DNA of 64,000 nt, from the NCBI GenBank assembly GCA_048013815.1, contig CM106585.1, positions 6,882,001 through 6,946,000 of the forward strand, given 5' to 3'. Positions 12,206 to 26,822 of the stretch are shown here, piece by piece. The position numbers and the translations under genes are program-made. The first letter of the stretch is position 1. Each line of letters begins with the position of its first letter. Under the pieces are notes generated by a model. It was not told where the DNA came from. It ran no database searches and saw nothing but the letters and a program-made list of their open reading frames with translations. Source of the DNA: Setoptus koraiensis (Eukaryota > Animalia > Arthropoda).

Positions 12206-13071
12206 GTGTAAATAGGTGTGTGAAGCGTATCCAAATTGAAGGAGAATTATTAATAAACAACTGATACTAATAATGATGATAATAATACAACTAAAATAGA
12301 GCTATCTAACAGACAGTAGTTTAGCAATGGTCGCTAGGCCAGTTGTATAGTCGGACTGGCGATGAGTAGGAATTATGCTTATTCTTCTTCTTCTACTTCT
12401 TGGCTAGATCGATGATTTAACAGCATCAACTAACAAGTGTAAGTGTGTAAATATTATCACAAAGAGTCTCATCGTAATAAATTGGCTTGTATACTGCGTG
12501 TGTAATCGCACTTGGCCCAAACTTTCTGTGCATCCGCACAATGCATGCTTTTGTGCTTGCACACTTACACTTAACACAGCCCGCAGCGTAACGTGTGCAC
12601 CTTTTCTAGTGGATACTATTCCACAAAGATGTAAATATTATACAGCTTGTCCGCACAATCGCAACCTATTTAGGCACACGCGCCGCATTCACATTCTTCA
12701 GTGTATCAATTCTCGGCACAGAGAGTTTGACACAAGTCCGAATACACCCTGTAGATGCACACACGCGTAATCATAGGTTCTGTACCATCGAAGTGATTCT
12801 AAACGCGAAAACTTGTGATCTATATGGGACGCGCGAACTTCGAAAATATGTGACCCAAAAATTGCACCCATTTTCTGGCTAGATCACAGAACAAACGATA
12901 ATGGATAAAACAAGCTGCCTCACTCGCCCGTTAATTGTTAAGCACGACGATGATAGCGAATCTATCTTTATCTTTCAACCTGGTTTATTGTTGTTTTCTA
13001 TAAAATGAGATATATATTGTAAAGTTTGTTCCAAGGAATGGGTCGCTATCATGAACACATGATGAAAACTT

Positions 13072-14716
13072 TTAGAGTTCGACATGGGCCTTCTCAACCC
13101 CACTCCTGTCGTAGCCGGACAATTCGTCAGTGGCGTGCTCAGCAACGTATTTAAGTAGATCACTGATGTCGCGACCTCCCTCATATTTGCGCGGAGTCTT
13201 TGTATCTTTTGGATACCAGTAGATTGTGGGGAATCCATGAACAACAAAAGCAGAAGGATAGTCGTTTGCTGTGGCATCGAGCTTGGCGATAGTAACACCT
13301 GATTCACCTTTAAGCTTGTTTCCTAGTTCCTCCCAAGTTGGTGCCAACGATTTACAATGACCACACCATGGGGCGTAAAACTCGATGAAAACATCTTTGT
13401 CGGCTTTAGTGACCAATTCGTCAAAGTTCTTTCCAACAGCAGTCTTCACTGCGGCATTCTCTTGGTCCTCAGGCAAGTCTTCTGATTTCATGAATGGCTC
13501 TAGTTTACCGTCTAAGAAATCTTTGACAAATTTGGTGAAAGTGTCCACTGAGAATTTTTCCTTAAGGGCGAATTTCTTACCATCCTTATCAACGGCAGCA
13601 ACGAAGGGAGGTAGATCCTTAGTTGAGCGCGGCATTTCGAAACCAAACTCTACCAATTCTTGGCCGAATTGTGCAACATTTGATATGGCAAAATTGACAC
13701 CTTGATCTTTGTAGTTGGTGGCCACTTTGAGAACACGATTGCGCCAGTAGTGGGTGCCTTTAGGATTCTTTTCGTAATCAATTTCAAAGTAGGCTACAAC
13801 ATAAGGCTGAACAACTTCGGCAACATTGGCCATTGTTCTGTAAGCTAATAGTCCGTGTAAGTTCTCAGTGACAAAGTCGGAGATTTCATCGCTACCATCA
13901 TATACGACATAGTCTGGCTCGAATTTGCTCCTGAAGTAAGAGGCTCTTGCGAGTACCACACCTGGTAGGGTGACGGACTTGTCATCTTTGAAGGCAGAGC
14001 ATTTTTCATTGAATTTGTCAGTGGCCTTGTCAGCAAACACATGAACAAATTTAGCTTGATCACGGAGCTTGTTGGCAGCCTTCTGGAATTTAGCGCTCAA
14101 TTCGTCGGAGGAGCTTTCAAACAAACCAAATACAATTGTCTCCTTGGATTTCTCGTAAAGTTTTTGTAACTTGTCAAAGCTGTCATACTCCTTGGAGGCT
14201 GGTCCAGCAATGGAGCGCATCTTTTTCACTATGCCATCTGCGTCGCGAGGACCATCGTAGTCTGTTGCTTCGCCTGATCTAAATATCTTGAGAGTTGGGT
14301 AACCGTTGACGCCGTTTTCCTGGCATATCTCTTTACCATTGTCCGAGGTACAGTCTACCTTGGCCAAAGGTACGGGGGGGTCTTCGTTTTTGAGTGTGGC
14401 AGCCGCAGTTTCGTATTCTGGAGCCAACCTATAGTAGTAAGCAAATGAAAACAATAGTTGTTAGTGAATTAGTGAACATTGTCGGCTTATAATTGTTAAC
14501 TACTGGGTATTTGAGTTAGTGCGATGATGAAATAGCCTACCTTTTGCAGTGTCCACACCACGGGGCAAAGAATTCAACCAGAATCAGATCCTCGGCGTCA
14601 ACTTTTGACTTGAACGAGTCTGTGTCGAGGCTGGACAAATCTAGAACAGATTCAGCCGATGCCTGGATGCAGAGCAGGGCTAACAGAGTGGAGGATATTG
14701 TCAACGCTTTAATCAT
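13072..14716 (-). CDS. PDIA3: Protein disulfide-isomerase A3 (ERp57/ERp60), 510 aa; exons 14716-14541 and 14428-13072
   Basis: Exon 1 gives a signal peptide and EFFAPWCGHCK. A phase-2 intron (GTAGGC..TAG) leads to RLAPEY. Second motif EFYAPWCGHCK, YWRNRVL, and C-terminal HVEL. Confidence 0.95.
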
Positions 14717-17154
14717 GATGACAAATCTTTAGGTGTACTAACAATAATTAGTTATAAGTAGATTTAGATGACACACAATAATAAATAGTTATCTAGTGGC
14801 CTAGTGTGGGTTTTAGCGTCGCCGAGTCGATATGGAAGAGTAATTACTGTAAATATATGTAAATTTTGATAGACTTGTTAAGTATGAGGTGTCGGGCGAT
14901 AAGACAGACAAAGACACCGCACAACATGGGCAGAGCAGCAGTGGACGGTGCAGCCGAAAGTGCAGAGTCTGTACAGAGTGATGAATCACTATTGAAGCAC
15001 TGTGTACTTGTGCACCGGTTGTGGCATCTACCTCTAAGAAGACTTGAAGCTGTTTGCAGACGTGCAGGATGCGCGAAATTCAAACCAATTTGGCATTGTC
15101 ACAAGCATTGAATTGCTAATTAAGGCTGCAGACTGAAACAATCCCGATAAGGCGACTGTCACTTTTGGTGCAGCATTGCATCTGTGGGGGCAGGGCAACA
15201 TTTGAACTTTTGATTTTGAAGCAAGTGCCAGCCGACTGGATTAGCAAGAAAGTAACAAGATTTTGCGATAAGTTGCTGGCACTGGCTTTACTTTCGTTTT
15301 GTTCATTCAAGCCATTTCACTATTCAAGCTCGCCCCGTATGCACACACGACGACCATTGCTGCCAACTTTTACGAGATTTTCAACTCACAGCTGTTTCTT
15401 GCTTGATTGCCTATATGGTGAAATGATGCTTCATTCGTAGCGAATTTTGTTACGAATGATTTGTTTTATTGCTTGCTCCATCGAACACATACAGGCCGTC
15501 ATGTTTCTCCCCGGAGCCGAGCCAATCCACAACAGAGCTCAATGAAGCTGCGCGACTTGTTGAGTCACATTAAAATCTCAAGTTCACCGTGTGTCAGAAG
15601 AGTTTCCGACTGTTGAAAATACAGTGCCAGTCTTAGCGCATGAGCTGTCTCGCAAGCAGACATTGGGCATTGCATGTGTAAAACTGTCGGAATATTGTTC
15701 GATTAGTGGCTGTGACATAAACGCTACCTTGTCTCCATCGCGACATCTTATCGGCCAGTTTTATATTTAGTTGTTTTGCTGGCTTCTCGTTCGAGCCAAC
15801 TCTATAGCTCACTTCGGCGCCCCCAGGGGGGTTCCTGTCATCGTCGAATCTATCCAACAACGACTTGCGGGCACATTATCGGGCGGATATTGTCAGCCTC
15901 CCCAACGAGAAGAGAGTCCATGCAAAGACGTTGCTGGCGAGCCAACACTGATCAGACAAAGAACAAAACCGATCGGCCGGACGGAGGGAGAAGTGGCGCA
16001 GCGAGAACCGCTCGGGCAACAGACCCATAGTGCACGACACGCCTTCTTTGTCGAGCACAAACTGTGCAAAAGTGGGTGTATCGCGGTGAGTGAGTAAGTG
16101 TGTGTGTGTGTGTGCGTGTGAAACCCGGCAACAAGACAGGCGGTGAGAAGGCTTCGAAAACGAAATTAATTTAAAACAAAACATCGTCAACGCAGCCACT
16201 GGTGCCTCGATAAATATTATTAAATGGAAATATAATACCGATTGCTTACTTAATTCCTATTAATACTGTGAGATTTCTGTTGTCCCCAATATCACAGCCG
16301 GCATTGTCAACAACATGGTGCAAAAGACGATGACAAACATGAGATAAATGGGAGGAGGATGAAGATGAGCGTCGAGAAGAACGATGGTAAGCGAAAATCG
16401 GATGATACTTACTGGATAAATGGGACACGCGCATGAGACAGATAGCAAGCTCTGTATCACTTTATTGTCACCCAGCTGAGACACCATTGATATATCGCCA
16501 ACAAACAGCACCACAAATAACGAATATATAAAATCATAGAGAGACTCAATATTCATCATCGCTCGCGAATCACAGTGGCTGCTGTTTCATTGTTTCATTA
16601 ATTCATTAATACATCATCATTATCACCACTTAGTTTAGCTCATTTAGCGATAATTATCTACGTCATTATTCAGCATACACATATTTATATATTGTGGTGT
16701 TATTGAGCCTTACTGTTGATGTGTGCTTATTGTTGAGCTTTCACTGTTATTGGCCAGCAACAATGCAAATTAAGTGAAATTATATTCTGTCCAAAAATTC
16801 ATTGCGCCACTACTTGAGCATATTAGACACATTGCACCATGTATCAGCCATGTAAAACTAACATCTGATTCGACATAGGACATTATCATACACACACTCG
16901 CACACACAATATTATTACTCTTGTGACAACCAAGCCGCCACAACCATAGAGGACTCTATTCATTTTTATTTATTTCATTTAATTTCGCTATACAACAACA
17001 TTTTACGACACTCAATATTAATATTACGGCTTTGTCGTTAACTCTAACGCCTCACCAACAAAGAGCTGTGGCCACCAATCTCAAGTCGAACTTACTTGTC
17101 AGTCCAAAATCAGCTCACCACCACCAAAAATAAGCTTCAAACAACTTCAGAAAG

Positions 17155-17736
17155 ATGCAGTCAATCAAATGTGTCGTGGTCGGCGATGGTGCCGTCGGTA
17201 AAACATGCCTACTTATCAGCTATACAACAAATGCATTTCCAGGCGAATACATACCGACAGTATTTGATAACTATTCAGCCAATGTTATGGTAGATAATAA
17301 ACCAATCAATTTAGGCCTATGGGATACCGCCGGTCAAGAGGACTACGACAGACTTAGGCCTCTATCGTACCCCCAAACAGATGTGTTCCTTATTTGTTTC
17401 TCATTGATCAGTCCAGCCTCGTTTGAGAATGTTAAAGCCAAATGGTATCCTGAAGTCAGCCACCATTGCCCCAATGTGCCAATAATATTAGTTGGTACAA
17501 AGTTAGATCTTAGAGATGAGAGTAAAACAATAGATAAACTCAAGGATAGAAAACTATCACCAATCACATACCCGCAAGGTTTGGCCATGTCCAGAGAAAT
17601 TGGAGCTGTGAAATATTTGGAATGTTCAGCATTGACGCAAAAGGGCCTCAAAAATGTGTTTGACGAGGCCATAAGAGCGGTGCTTAGTCCTCAGCCCAAA
17701 CCGAAGCGACGAAAGTTCAAATGTTCTGTGCTATAA
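17155..17736 (+). CDS. Rac1: Rac small GTPase, intronless
   Basis: [47 protein letters not shown]...[23 protein letters not shown], polybasic tail and CAAX box CSVL. Confidence 0.98.
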   Translation: MQSIKCVVVGDGAVGKTCLLISYTTNAFPGEYIPTVFDNYSANVMVDNKPINLGLWDTAGQEDYDRLRPLSYPQTDVFLICFSLISPASFENVKAKWYPEVSHHCPNVPIILVGTKLDLRDESKTIDKLKDRKLSPITYPQGLAMSREIGAVKYLECSALTQKGLKNVFDEAIRAVLSPQPKPKRRKFKCSVL

Positions 17737-19822
17737 ATATAAAATTATATTTATTGATGATGATAATCGAGATCAGCAACAAATTATTTTATATACATAT
17801 AGTATAATATAGTCTACTTAATCAAGTAATAAAAATATCTATCAACTTAGTATCTAGAATATTAAATAATGCCACACAATCCGTCATTCATCATATTGGA
17901 TTCAAGAATTCAAGTTGTCATGAATACGTAGGAAGAAAAATTTTTGCACACGATTATCAATTACATCATAGTAATTATAGGTGTACCTTGTAGATGATGT
18001 GCTTCATTTGCTCGAAGTGATTGTAACTCAGATACTAATTGACAAGGGCATCGTCAATCAAGAGTAATCGTGTGCATTAGGAGGTGCATTGAAATGATTA
18101 AATTGATGGCGAGAGCACTTATCGAGCGCAAATGAAGTACATCCGTTAGATAATCAGGGAAGAAGGAGTAGAACATCTTATTGAGTTGACCTCTCATTTT
18201 ATGTCATTAAGACATTCTCTTTGAAACTGTTAGGTTGTCGGCCAAAGGTATTATCAGTGGGCACATTGGCGCGTTGTTAGTAGATTAAGTGAGATGGGGG
18301 CCATCACTACTACTGTGCATTACTTACGCAACGTACAGTTTAACCATATCTATGGTGATAGAAGTTTTGTTGTGCGGACACCGAGAAAGATATTGTCTTC
18401 TCTTTGTAGTTGTTTGCCTGTTAGCTGTACAAGAAGGGAGGGGTCTTTGTGGTTTTGGATTGATGCAATAGCTGCAGCAGGGGCAGCGGCAGCAGCATCG
18501 CCAATTCTCATTTGTAAATGGGTGTAACCTAGATTATTACATCGATTATGGTGTAACATGCGATAAACTAATAAATTGGTCGTACAATATGCATAGACTA
18601 TTTGAGAATGTTGAATGTTTTGTGTATGCGGTTTGGATTTCTACATTGTGCTGGGGGATATACATAGACATATGGAGATAGATGGCCCCAAAGTCGCAAT
18701 CATACATTCAAATCATCATCATATCTTATCAATATGCTGCTGACCAGACAAACGCGCCACATACGAGTCAGTGGCTTGCATGTTTGCAGTTTCGACGAGA
18801 GGGATACAGTATATTTTTTGGCTATATTGGTGTTGGGATGAGAGAGAGAGAGAGCGAGAGGTTACATGCAACGTGCTCACCTGTTAGGCCTCGCCCACCC
18901 TCTTGTCACCTATTAACAGGTTTGTGCTAGGTTTTGTGTGGGTGGACAAGATAATGGCGCTCGATATTATCTCGATTGGCGTCGCGATCGAGCGACAAAT
19001 CACAGCGCAACAACAAGAGAAAATTGGAGCAATTTTACCTGTGTTACCTGTACTAACATGAATGGTTTGTGTGGTCATGTATAGGCTCTAGTCTGCACAA
19101 TGTCTATGGCCTCTGTTCTAATGTGTATAACGTGATTTTTTCTTGGTGTGCGTGCCAACCATAGAGGCACGTATAAAAACAAACATATACTTCAGCGCTA
19201 GGTGACCATAGCATCATATAGCACCGGTTATATGCGCACCGCAGCATTGCCATGTTGACACACGCACTTTCACGCGGTTTGAATCATGGCGATGCATATA
19301 TAACACACACACACACACAGTGCAGTGCGTAAAGTTACGTAAGGCGGATGTTTGATTTTGTTTAGCCGCTGCCTATAAGTGGTCTTGGCAATGCGCCGAT
19401 GGTCCCATGCTATACATACACACAGGTATGCAATAATGATTATTACAATATTTGCATACAAATACATGTGGTTGTTGTTGAATTATTATTGCATCAATGC
19501 ACCGGACCATCTATGCGCTGGTCAGTAGGCTAGCTAGAGTGTGTCAGCGAGTGTTGGTCACTTTTTCGTGTCCGCTGTCTATATGAGTGTTTTGTGGTTG
19601 TCTTGCGTAACTAGTGGACTGGTGGCCTAGTTTCAATAGTTTCATCTAGTCGATGGTTTGTGTTGTTAGTTTCATCATACAGACAACACATTGTTGTAAC
19701 ATTGTCCTAAGCCATCTGATTCAAGTAGTCCACCACCACCAGTAGTTGGCCATCAGCAACTCTTTTAATCATCGCAAAATTTTGTTGAGAGAGCGAGCCT
19801 CAAAGCCAACTACCTAGTCCAA

Positions 19823-19823
19823 T

Positions 19824-19885
<62 letters not shown>

Positions 19886-19910
19886 ACACACTCACACACA
19901 CACACACACA
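19823..19910. repeat. (CA)n microsatellite, about 44 units with a few interruptions
   Basis: Read directly from the sequence. Confidence 0.95.
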
Positions 19911-20845
19911 AAATCAATTATAACATGAACCATCGACCAATGTAATAGATTATGTAATAGTTGACCATAGAGGCTCGTCATTTAATTGATTTATCGCTTC
20001 GATACACTTACAATTCTACAGGTATCATCATTATAATCATCATCATCATACAAGAATATATTTATGTATTGTGTATATATGGAACAACAACAACAAATAT
20101 GTAACGAGTGTTAATCTGTCACAGTCACTTGTAATCACAGCATTTATTTGATTACAATGACTGGTGTTATTATTATTAGTGGTATTATTTCTCCAATCAT
20201 CACTATTTATCGTCGCGAAGACATCTTGATTGATTGTTGCGTTTATGTCAATCGTCATTGCTAACCAACACACAAGTTCGGTCCGACAAGACATTTTCAC
20301 TTTCTATGCATACCTAAGTAGAGTAAAGAGATTTCGTTGTCGTTGTTGCTGTTGACGCTGTTGTTATCGTTGTTATCACAAGCGCTCTATCATTGTTTTC
20401 AAGACACTTGTTATTGTTTGTTAATTATCGTTTATGATCATCATCATCATGGCACCGTTAAACAGAAGCCACAACAATAGTCAGTACAACAACGAGTTGC
20501 AACAAGTAATCAAGGCGATAAAACAGCAACAACAACAAGCCAAAACTAAACTTGGCCAACAGCAGCAGCAAGTTAACCAGTCTAGTCGATCAACGTGCCA
20601 CTACATGTAATCATCTCAAGACATCTAGATAACATCATCACAACACGTTCATCATTATTCACAATCACACACACACAGTATATACAATCAAATTTTAAAC
20701 AATCAACTTTACCAGTATTTATTTATATATTATTAATTTATTATTAATTGATCCAAGGTTTACTGTTGATACTTTCGTCTAGTAATTCAACAACATTCTC
20801 AAAGGGAAGAACGTCAACTAATCAAACAATCAATGTATTCTAGTC

Positions 20846-23800
20846 ATGACAGATAACAATCATAGAGACTCTGATCAATATAATGGCGGGCCCAGTGCTA
20901 CTTCTAACAACTCAATTATACAAAATAGGCGAAGAATAAAAGCTAATGATTACGTAGCCAACGAACAACATCATTATGCTGATAATTACATTAAAACATC
21001 AAAATATACATTATTAACATTTTTGCCATATAATCTATTTGAACAATTTAGACGTTTAGCCAATACATATTTTTTATGTTTATTGATATTGCAATTAATA
21101 CCTCAAATATCGTCATTAACACCTATTACAACAGCCGTCCCATTAATAGTGGTTCTAGCCATAACCGCCATTAAAGATGCCCATGATGATATTTGTAGAC
21201 ATAGGAGTGATAATCAGGTCAACAATCGTTTGTCGTTATTATTAAAGAATGGCGAATTGGTTAAGGAAAGGTGGCACCATGTTAAAGTTGGCGACATAAT
21301 ACGCATCGAAAACGATCAATTTGTGGCCGTAAGTTTGAATCACTGTATAAAGTGATACACTGAACAATTAAATTCAATTTGTTTGTTGTATATTACGTAA
21401 ATATTGACCGTTGATTTCCAACCCAATTGCCACATACAGGCCGATCTAATGATATTGTCCACCAGTGAACCCAATGGTTTTTGTTACGTCGAAACGGCAG
21501 AGTTGGACGGGTTCGTTTCTCCTCTATCTATTTAATGACTAACTAGCGCTAAGTTTCAGACACAAACACAGATACTAATAACTGCTTTTATCTTCCCTTC
21601 AGCGAAACCAATCTCAAGTGCCGTCAATCCCTGGCTGATACAGCCGCCCTCGGCGACGACATTTCCGCTTTGGCGAGCTTTGATGGTGAGTTATAGATAG
21701 TGAGAAATGTACACTTGAGGTGTGGCAGCTACTCTTTAAAAACTAATGATTATGAAAATAACTTTCTGCACATCAACCATCGACATTATGATAATCTTGG
21801 GCATCATCAACAACCATTCACTGTTAGGCGAGATTATTTGCGAGCCTCCCAACAATAATCTGACCAAATTTGAGGGGACCCTCTTTTGGAACAACCAGAA
21901 GTATGCCATAGACAACGACAAGATGCTTTTGCGCGGTTGTATACTCAGGAATACCAAATGGTGTTTTGGATTGGTGATATTTGCCGGCCGCGACTCTAAA
22001 TTGATGCAAAATAGCGGCAAGACCATATTCAAAAGGACCAAATCTGACCGCTTGCTCAACATACTCATCATGGGGGTAATTAATTTAGTCGCTAATTAAC
22101 GATCAATTGATTGTCGACACGAAATTGCTCAACACTCAATTAATGCTCATCTATAATTTATCGTCACTTTAATCATTCCAATCAATCGTGTTTTAGATCG
22201 TACTGGCCCTACTTACGATGTGCCTATTCTGTTCGATCGCCTGCGGAGTATGGGAAATGGTCTCAGGTAGACATTTTATCCCCAGATTTTTACCAAGGGA
22301 GGCCTTCATACCTAGCGATAGCTTTACGGGGGCCACTATTACCGCCATACTGACATTTTTTAGCTATTTAATTGTTTTAAACACAGTAGTGCCAATATCG
22401 CTATATGTTAGTGTCGAAGTGATACGTTATTGTCAATCTCTGTTAATTGATTTTGACAAAAAAATGTACTACGAGGTGAAGGACGCCTACGCCAAAGCTA
22501 GAACAACCACTCTGAATGAGGAATTGGGCCAAGTGGAATATGTTTTCTCAGATAAGACGGGTACATTGACACAAAATTTAATGACGTTCAATAAATGTAG
22601 TATTGCCGGTGTGTTGTATGGTGATGTCATTGATCCCGCAACGGGCGAGTGTGCCGACATAAATCAGCAAGAGAACGCTCATTTGTTTGAGTTGCTGGAT
22701 TTCTCAAACGATGGCCAAAACAAATATTACGAGGAAGAATTCAAATTTTATGATCAAAATCTATTAGATCAAATACATCAAGGCAACAAGGAGGTGCATG
22801 AATTTTTTCGCTTATTAGCTCTGTGTCACACTGTAATGTCTGAAGAAAAAGACGGCCGCCTGGAATATCAGGCGCAATCGCCCGATGAGGCGGCCCTGTC
22901 GTCGGCAGCAAGAAATTTTGGTTTTGTTTTCAAGAATCGCACGTCGTCAACAATTGAAATAGAGGTATTGGGCAAGACAGAAATCTATGAACTGTTGGCT
23001 ATTTTAGATTTTAATAATGTTAGGAAGAGAATGTCTGTGATAGTACGCGACCAAGACAACAACATAACGCTTTATTGTAAGGGGGCCGATTCGGTGATAT
23101 TTGAACATTTAGGTAACGAGTCGGCAAACGACAACAACAACAACAACAACAATTTAACTACTGCCACACCAACTAATTTAACAGCAACAACTCCAACAAC
23201 AAACACAACAAATATTAGGGAGGCCACCAATGATCATTTGGAACGGTTCGCTGGCGTCGGTTTGCGTACACTGTGCCTGGCAAAAAAGGATCTGGACGAG
23301 GAGACGTACGCCAAATGGGAGAAACACTTTCATCAGGCTGTGACCTCAATCGAGAACAGAGAGGAAAAGGTGGATAAATGTTATGAGATGATTGAGCAAA
23401 ATCTTCAGCTGTTGGGCGCCACCGCCATTGAGGACAAACTGCAGGACGATGTGCCCAAAACAATAGCAAATCTGATAGCTGCCAACATCAAGGTTTGGGT
23501 GTTGACTGGCGACAAGCAAGAGACCGCCATCAATATCGGCTTCTCATGCGAGCTACTCAACGATGAAATGACAGAGATTTTCGTCATAGACGGCGTTTAT
23601 CCTGAGGAGGTGGACAAACAATTGCGACGCTGCCAAAAGTCCATCAACAAGTTCCATCATCAGCAGCAACAACTCCACAATCAGCACCATCATCATCATC
23701 AGCAGCAGCAGCACAGATCTTCGGAACAATCGTCGGAGCATCACACTCAGGCCAGGTCCCCGTCTAAGATATTCATCAACAACAACAACAATTCTATTTT

Positions 23801-25438
23801 GTATCAGGCCAGCAGCAGTGAGAACAGTTTGAACAACAACCAGACAACCACCGAGACGGCGCCCAACAGTTCCGCCAAGGCCAACACCGGCAACATTGAA
23901 CGGGGACCCAGTCCGCTCGGGGCCAGCGGCGGCGGTCTGGGCGGTTTTGCGCTGGTCATCAACGGACACAGTCTGGCCCATGCGCTCTGCCTCAGCCGAG
24001 AGGAACTATTCTTGAGTGTGGCCTGTCAGTGTAAATCGGTCATTTGTTGCCGAGTGACCCCGTTACAGAAGGCTCTCGTTGTTGATTTGGTGAAGCGACG
24101 CAAAAAGGTGATCACATTGAGCATAGGCGACGGTGCCAACGATGTCTCAATGCTCAAAATGGCCCACATAGGCGTGGGCATAAGTGGTCAAGAGGGCATG
24201 CAAGCGGTGCTGGCCAGCGATTACGCAATAGCTCAGTTTTCCTATTTAGAGCGACTTATTTTGGTGCACGGCCGTTGGTCCTATTTTCGTATGTGCAAAT
24301 TTTTGCGTTATTTCTTCTACAAGAATTTCTCATTCACATTGTGCAATCTCTGGTACGCCTTCTTTTGTGGCTTCTCCGCTCAGGTGAGTTATTATGTAAT
24401 AATTGGTCACATCCACATAATGCTTTTTTTTTGTTATTTTAATTAGCAATCCTTTAATTAGCCTCATTAGTGTGTACAAACTATAACTCACCAATATGTT
24501 GTTGTTCTTTTTGGATATTGTTTCGCAATCAGACGCTGTTCGATCCAATATTTATATCGTTCTACAACGTCTTCTACACGTCGCTGCCGGTGCTCGCGTT
24601 AGGCGTCTTCGATCAGGATGTCAACGATCGCTACTCTACCAAATATCCGCTTCTTTACACGCCTGGCCATATCGATTTATTGTTCAACAAGTACGAATTT
24701 CTCAAGAGCGTCGCCCAAGGTATTATTACATCATTTACAACGTTCTTCATAACATATGGAGCATTTGTGGAATCAATTGACGGCGAGGGCATCAATCTGG
24801 ACAGTCACGAATTATTTGGTTGTGTTGTCAGCACGAACCTGGTTGTCGTGGTCACTTGTCAGGCTGCGCTTGATACGTCCTATTGGACAGTGTTCAATCA
24901 TATTGTCATTTGGGGCAGTATTGCCTTCTTTTTTGCCATGACGCTCATATTCAATAGTCGCGTCATTAGAGTCCAATATCTTGGAGTTTTCAGGAAGGCC
25001 CTCAGCACGCCATTGTTTTGGTTCACCCTGTTTCTGGTGCTGGTCATACTGTTGGTACCGATAATAGCTTACAGATTTTATCACACCGACCTATATCCCA
25101 CCCTGTCGGACAGGTGCCGCTTCATTCAGCGTATGTCCCATAGGCGCACCAAGCCCATAGAGCCCCAATTTAGGCGTAGATCTAGCGCGCGCAAGAGCAG
25201 ACGCAGCATTAGATCAGGTTACGCTTTTTCGCATCAAGAAGGCTTCGGAAATCTCATCACATCGGGCATGATTATTAAGGCAACAACAGGCGGTGACAAG
25301 TCTGGCCACCATCACGGTCAGCATCATCATCATCATCATGGCCAAAATCACAACCGGCCAGGTAGTAATTCGCGCGCTGGAGCTCGCAGTAGAAGCGATG
25401 GGCGTCATTCGCGCGCTAGAGCCCCATCCGCAGTTTAG
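20846..25438 (+). CDS. P4-ATPase phospholipid flippase (ATP8B/ID-like), 1325 aa; exons 20846-21328, 21440-21510, 21603-21685, 21828-22075, 22197-24383, 24533-25438
   Basis: Five GT-AG introns join in phase (3978 nt). Motifs [17 protein letters not shown] (split by an intron), [47 protein letters not shown] and [10 protein letters not shown]. Confidence 0.95.
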
Positions 25439-26223
25439 CTGCAATTTTAATCGATCGACTCACCCAAATGTACTTTTTTATTGATTATTTTAGTTTATTT
25501 TTAGTTTAGTTTGCTTGTTTGTGTCGAAATAAACATGCATAAACGCGTGCAATTTCCATCATTTTACCTACGGTTATTCGCATGTGCTCGCCAACATGCA
25601 AGATTGCGATGCAAAATTTCCAACAAAAACTGTATGATAGACGACTGCTTATTTTACCGTAGGTGGTAAAATAAACTGTTTAATTTTGGTTTTTCGGTGA
25701 CTACAAATTTTGTCGCGGAGCGCCTCGAAGGCTCTCACTCTTTCACAAGGACGTACTAGGATCAATTGCTTCTGTTTATTCATCGTTTTGATCGTATGAT
25801 GTCTAAAAACTACCTTTAGTTGTCATATATGTAGAAATGTAATCACATCTTATGTATACGGCGCTCACGGGAACGCCTCAAGGTGAAAGAGAGGTTGTAT
25901 GGTTTGCGTTGCAGTTTCTTCGAATGGATAGTCAAAACTCCACTTTGTTCATGTTATAACAAAGGTTCAAATATTGAACAGAATTTATAGTTTTTATCAG
26001 CCCGATCAGAAGATAAAATAATTTGAAAATGTACTCACCTTTATGTCCTGCACAGGTATCGGTGCACTTGTAATCAGCTTTCGATTAGAAATTTTATCTC
26101 TGGCATGGATCGGATCTCTGAATTGTAGCCAGTTGAGATGAAAGAGTCACCATTATCGCAACGAGATCTTCAGTAGAGACACAAATCAACAAGTTGTTGG
26201 AAGCAGCGTGTTGTTTATCTATT

Positions 26224-26723
26224 NNNNNNNNNNNNNNNNNNNNNNNNNNNNNNNNNNNNNNNNNNNNNNNNNNNNNNNNNNNNNNNNNNNNNNNNNNNNN
26301 NNNNNNNNNNNNNNNNNNNNNNNNNNNNNNNNNNNNNNNNNNNNNNNNNNNNNNNNNNNNNNNNNNNNNNNNNNNNNNNNNNNNNNNNNNNNNNNNNNNN
26401 NNNNNNNNNNNNNNNNNNNNNNNNNNNNNNNNNNNNNNNNNNNNNNNNNNNNNNNNNNNNNNNNNNNNNNNNNNNNNNNNNNNNNNNNNNNNNNNNNNNN
26501 NNNNNNNNNNNNNNNNNNNNNNNNNNNNNNNNNNNNNNNNNNNNNNNNNNNNNNNNNNNNNNNNNNNNNNNNNNNNNNNNNNNNNNNNNNNNNNNNNNNN
26601 NNNNNNNNNNNNNNNNNNNNNNNNNNNNNNNNNNNNNNNNNNNNNNNNNNNNNNNNNNNNNNNNNNNNNNNNNNNNNNNNNNNNNNNNNNNNNNNNNNNN
26701 NNNNNNNNNNNNNNNNNNNNNNN
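26224..26723. other. Assembly gap (500 N)
   Basis: Run of N. The three track ORFs crossing it are artefacts. Confidence 1.
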
Positions 26724-26822
26724 CTACTTGCATTACACAGAAGTGTTTGAATTTCGCGATGAAGGCTTCATTGTAACCAACGAGGCAATTAGAGTAAGTC
26801 AGAAACAGGATCACAGATCGAA

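Noticed and set aside
13072-13086. PDIA3 ending in HVEL rather than KDEL
   Set aside because: HxEL variants are ordinary ER-retrieval signals.
16287-16310. TATCACAGCC, a miR-2 family seed-like 10-mer; also an 11-nt miR-10-like match near 12746
   Set aside because: No complementary arm to form a precursor hairpin, and the 3' parts diverge.
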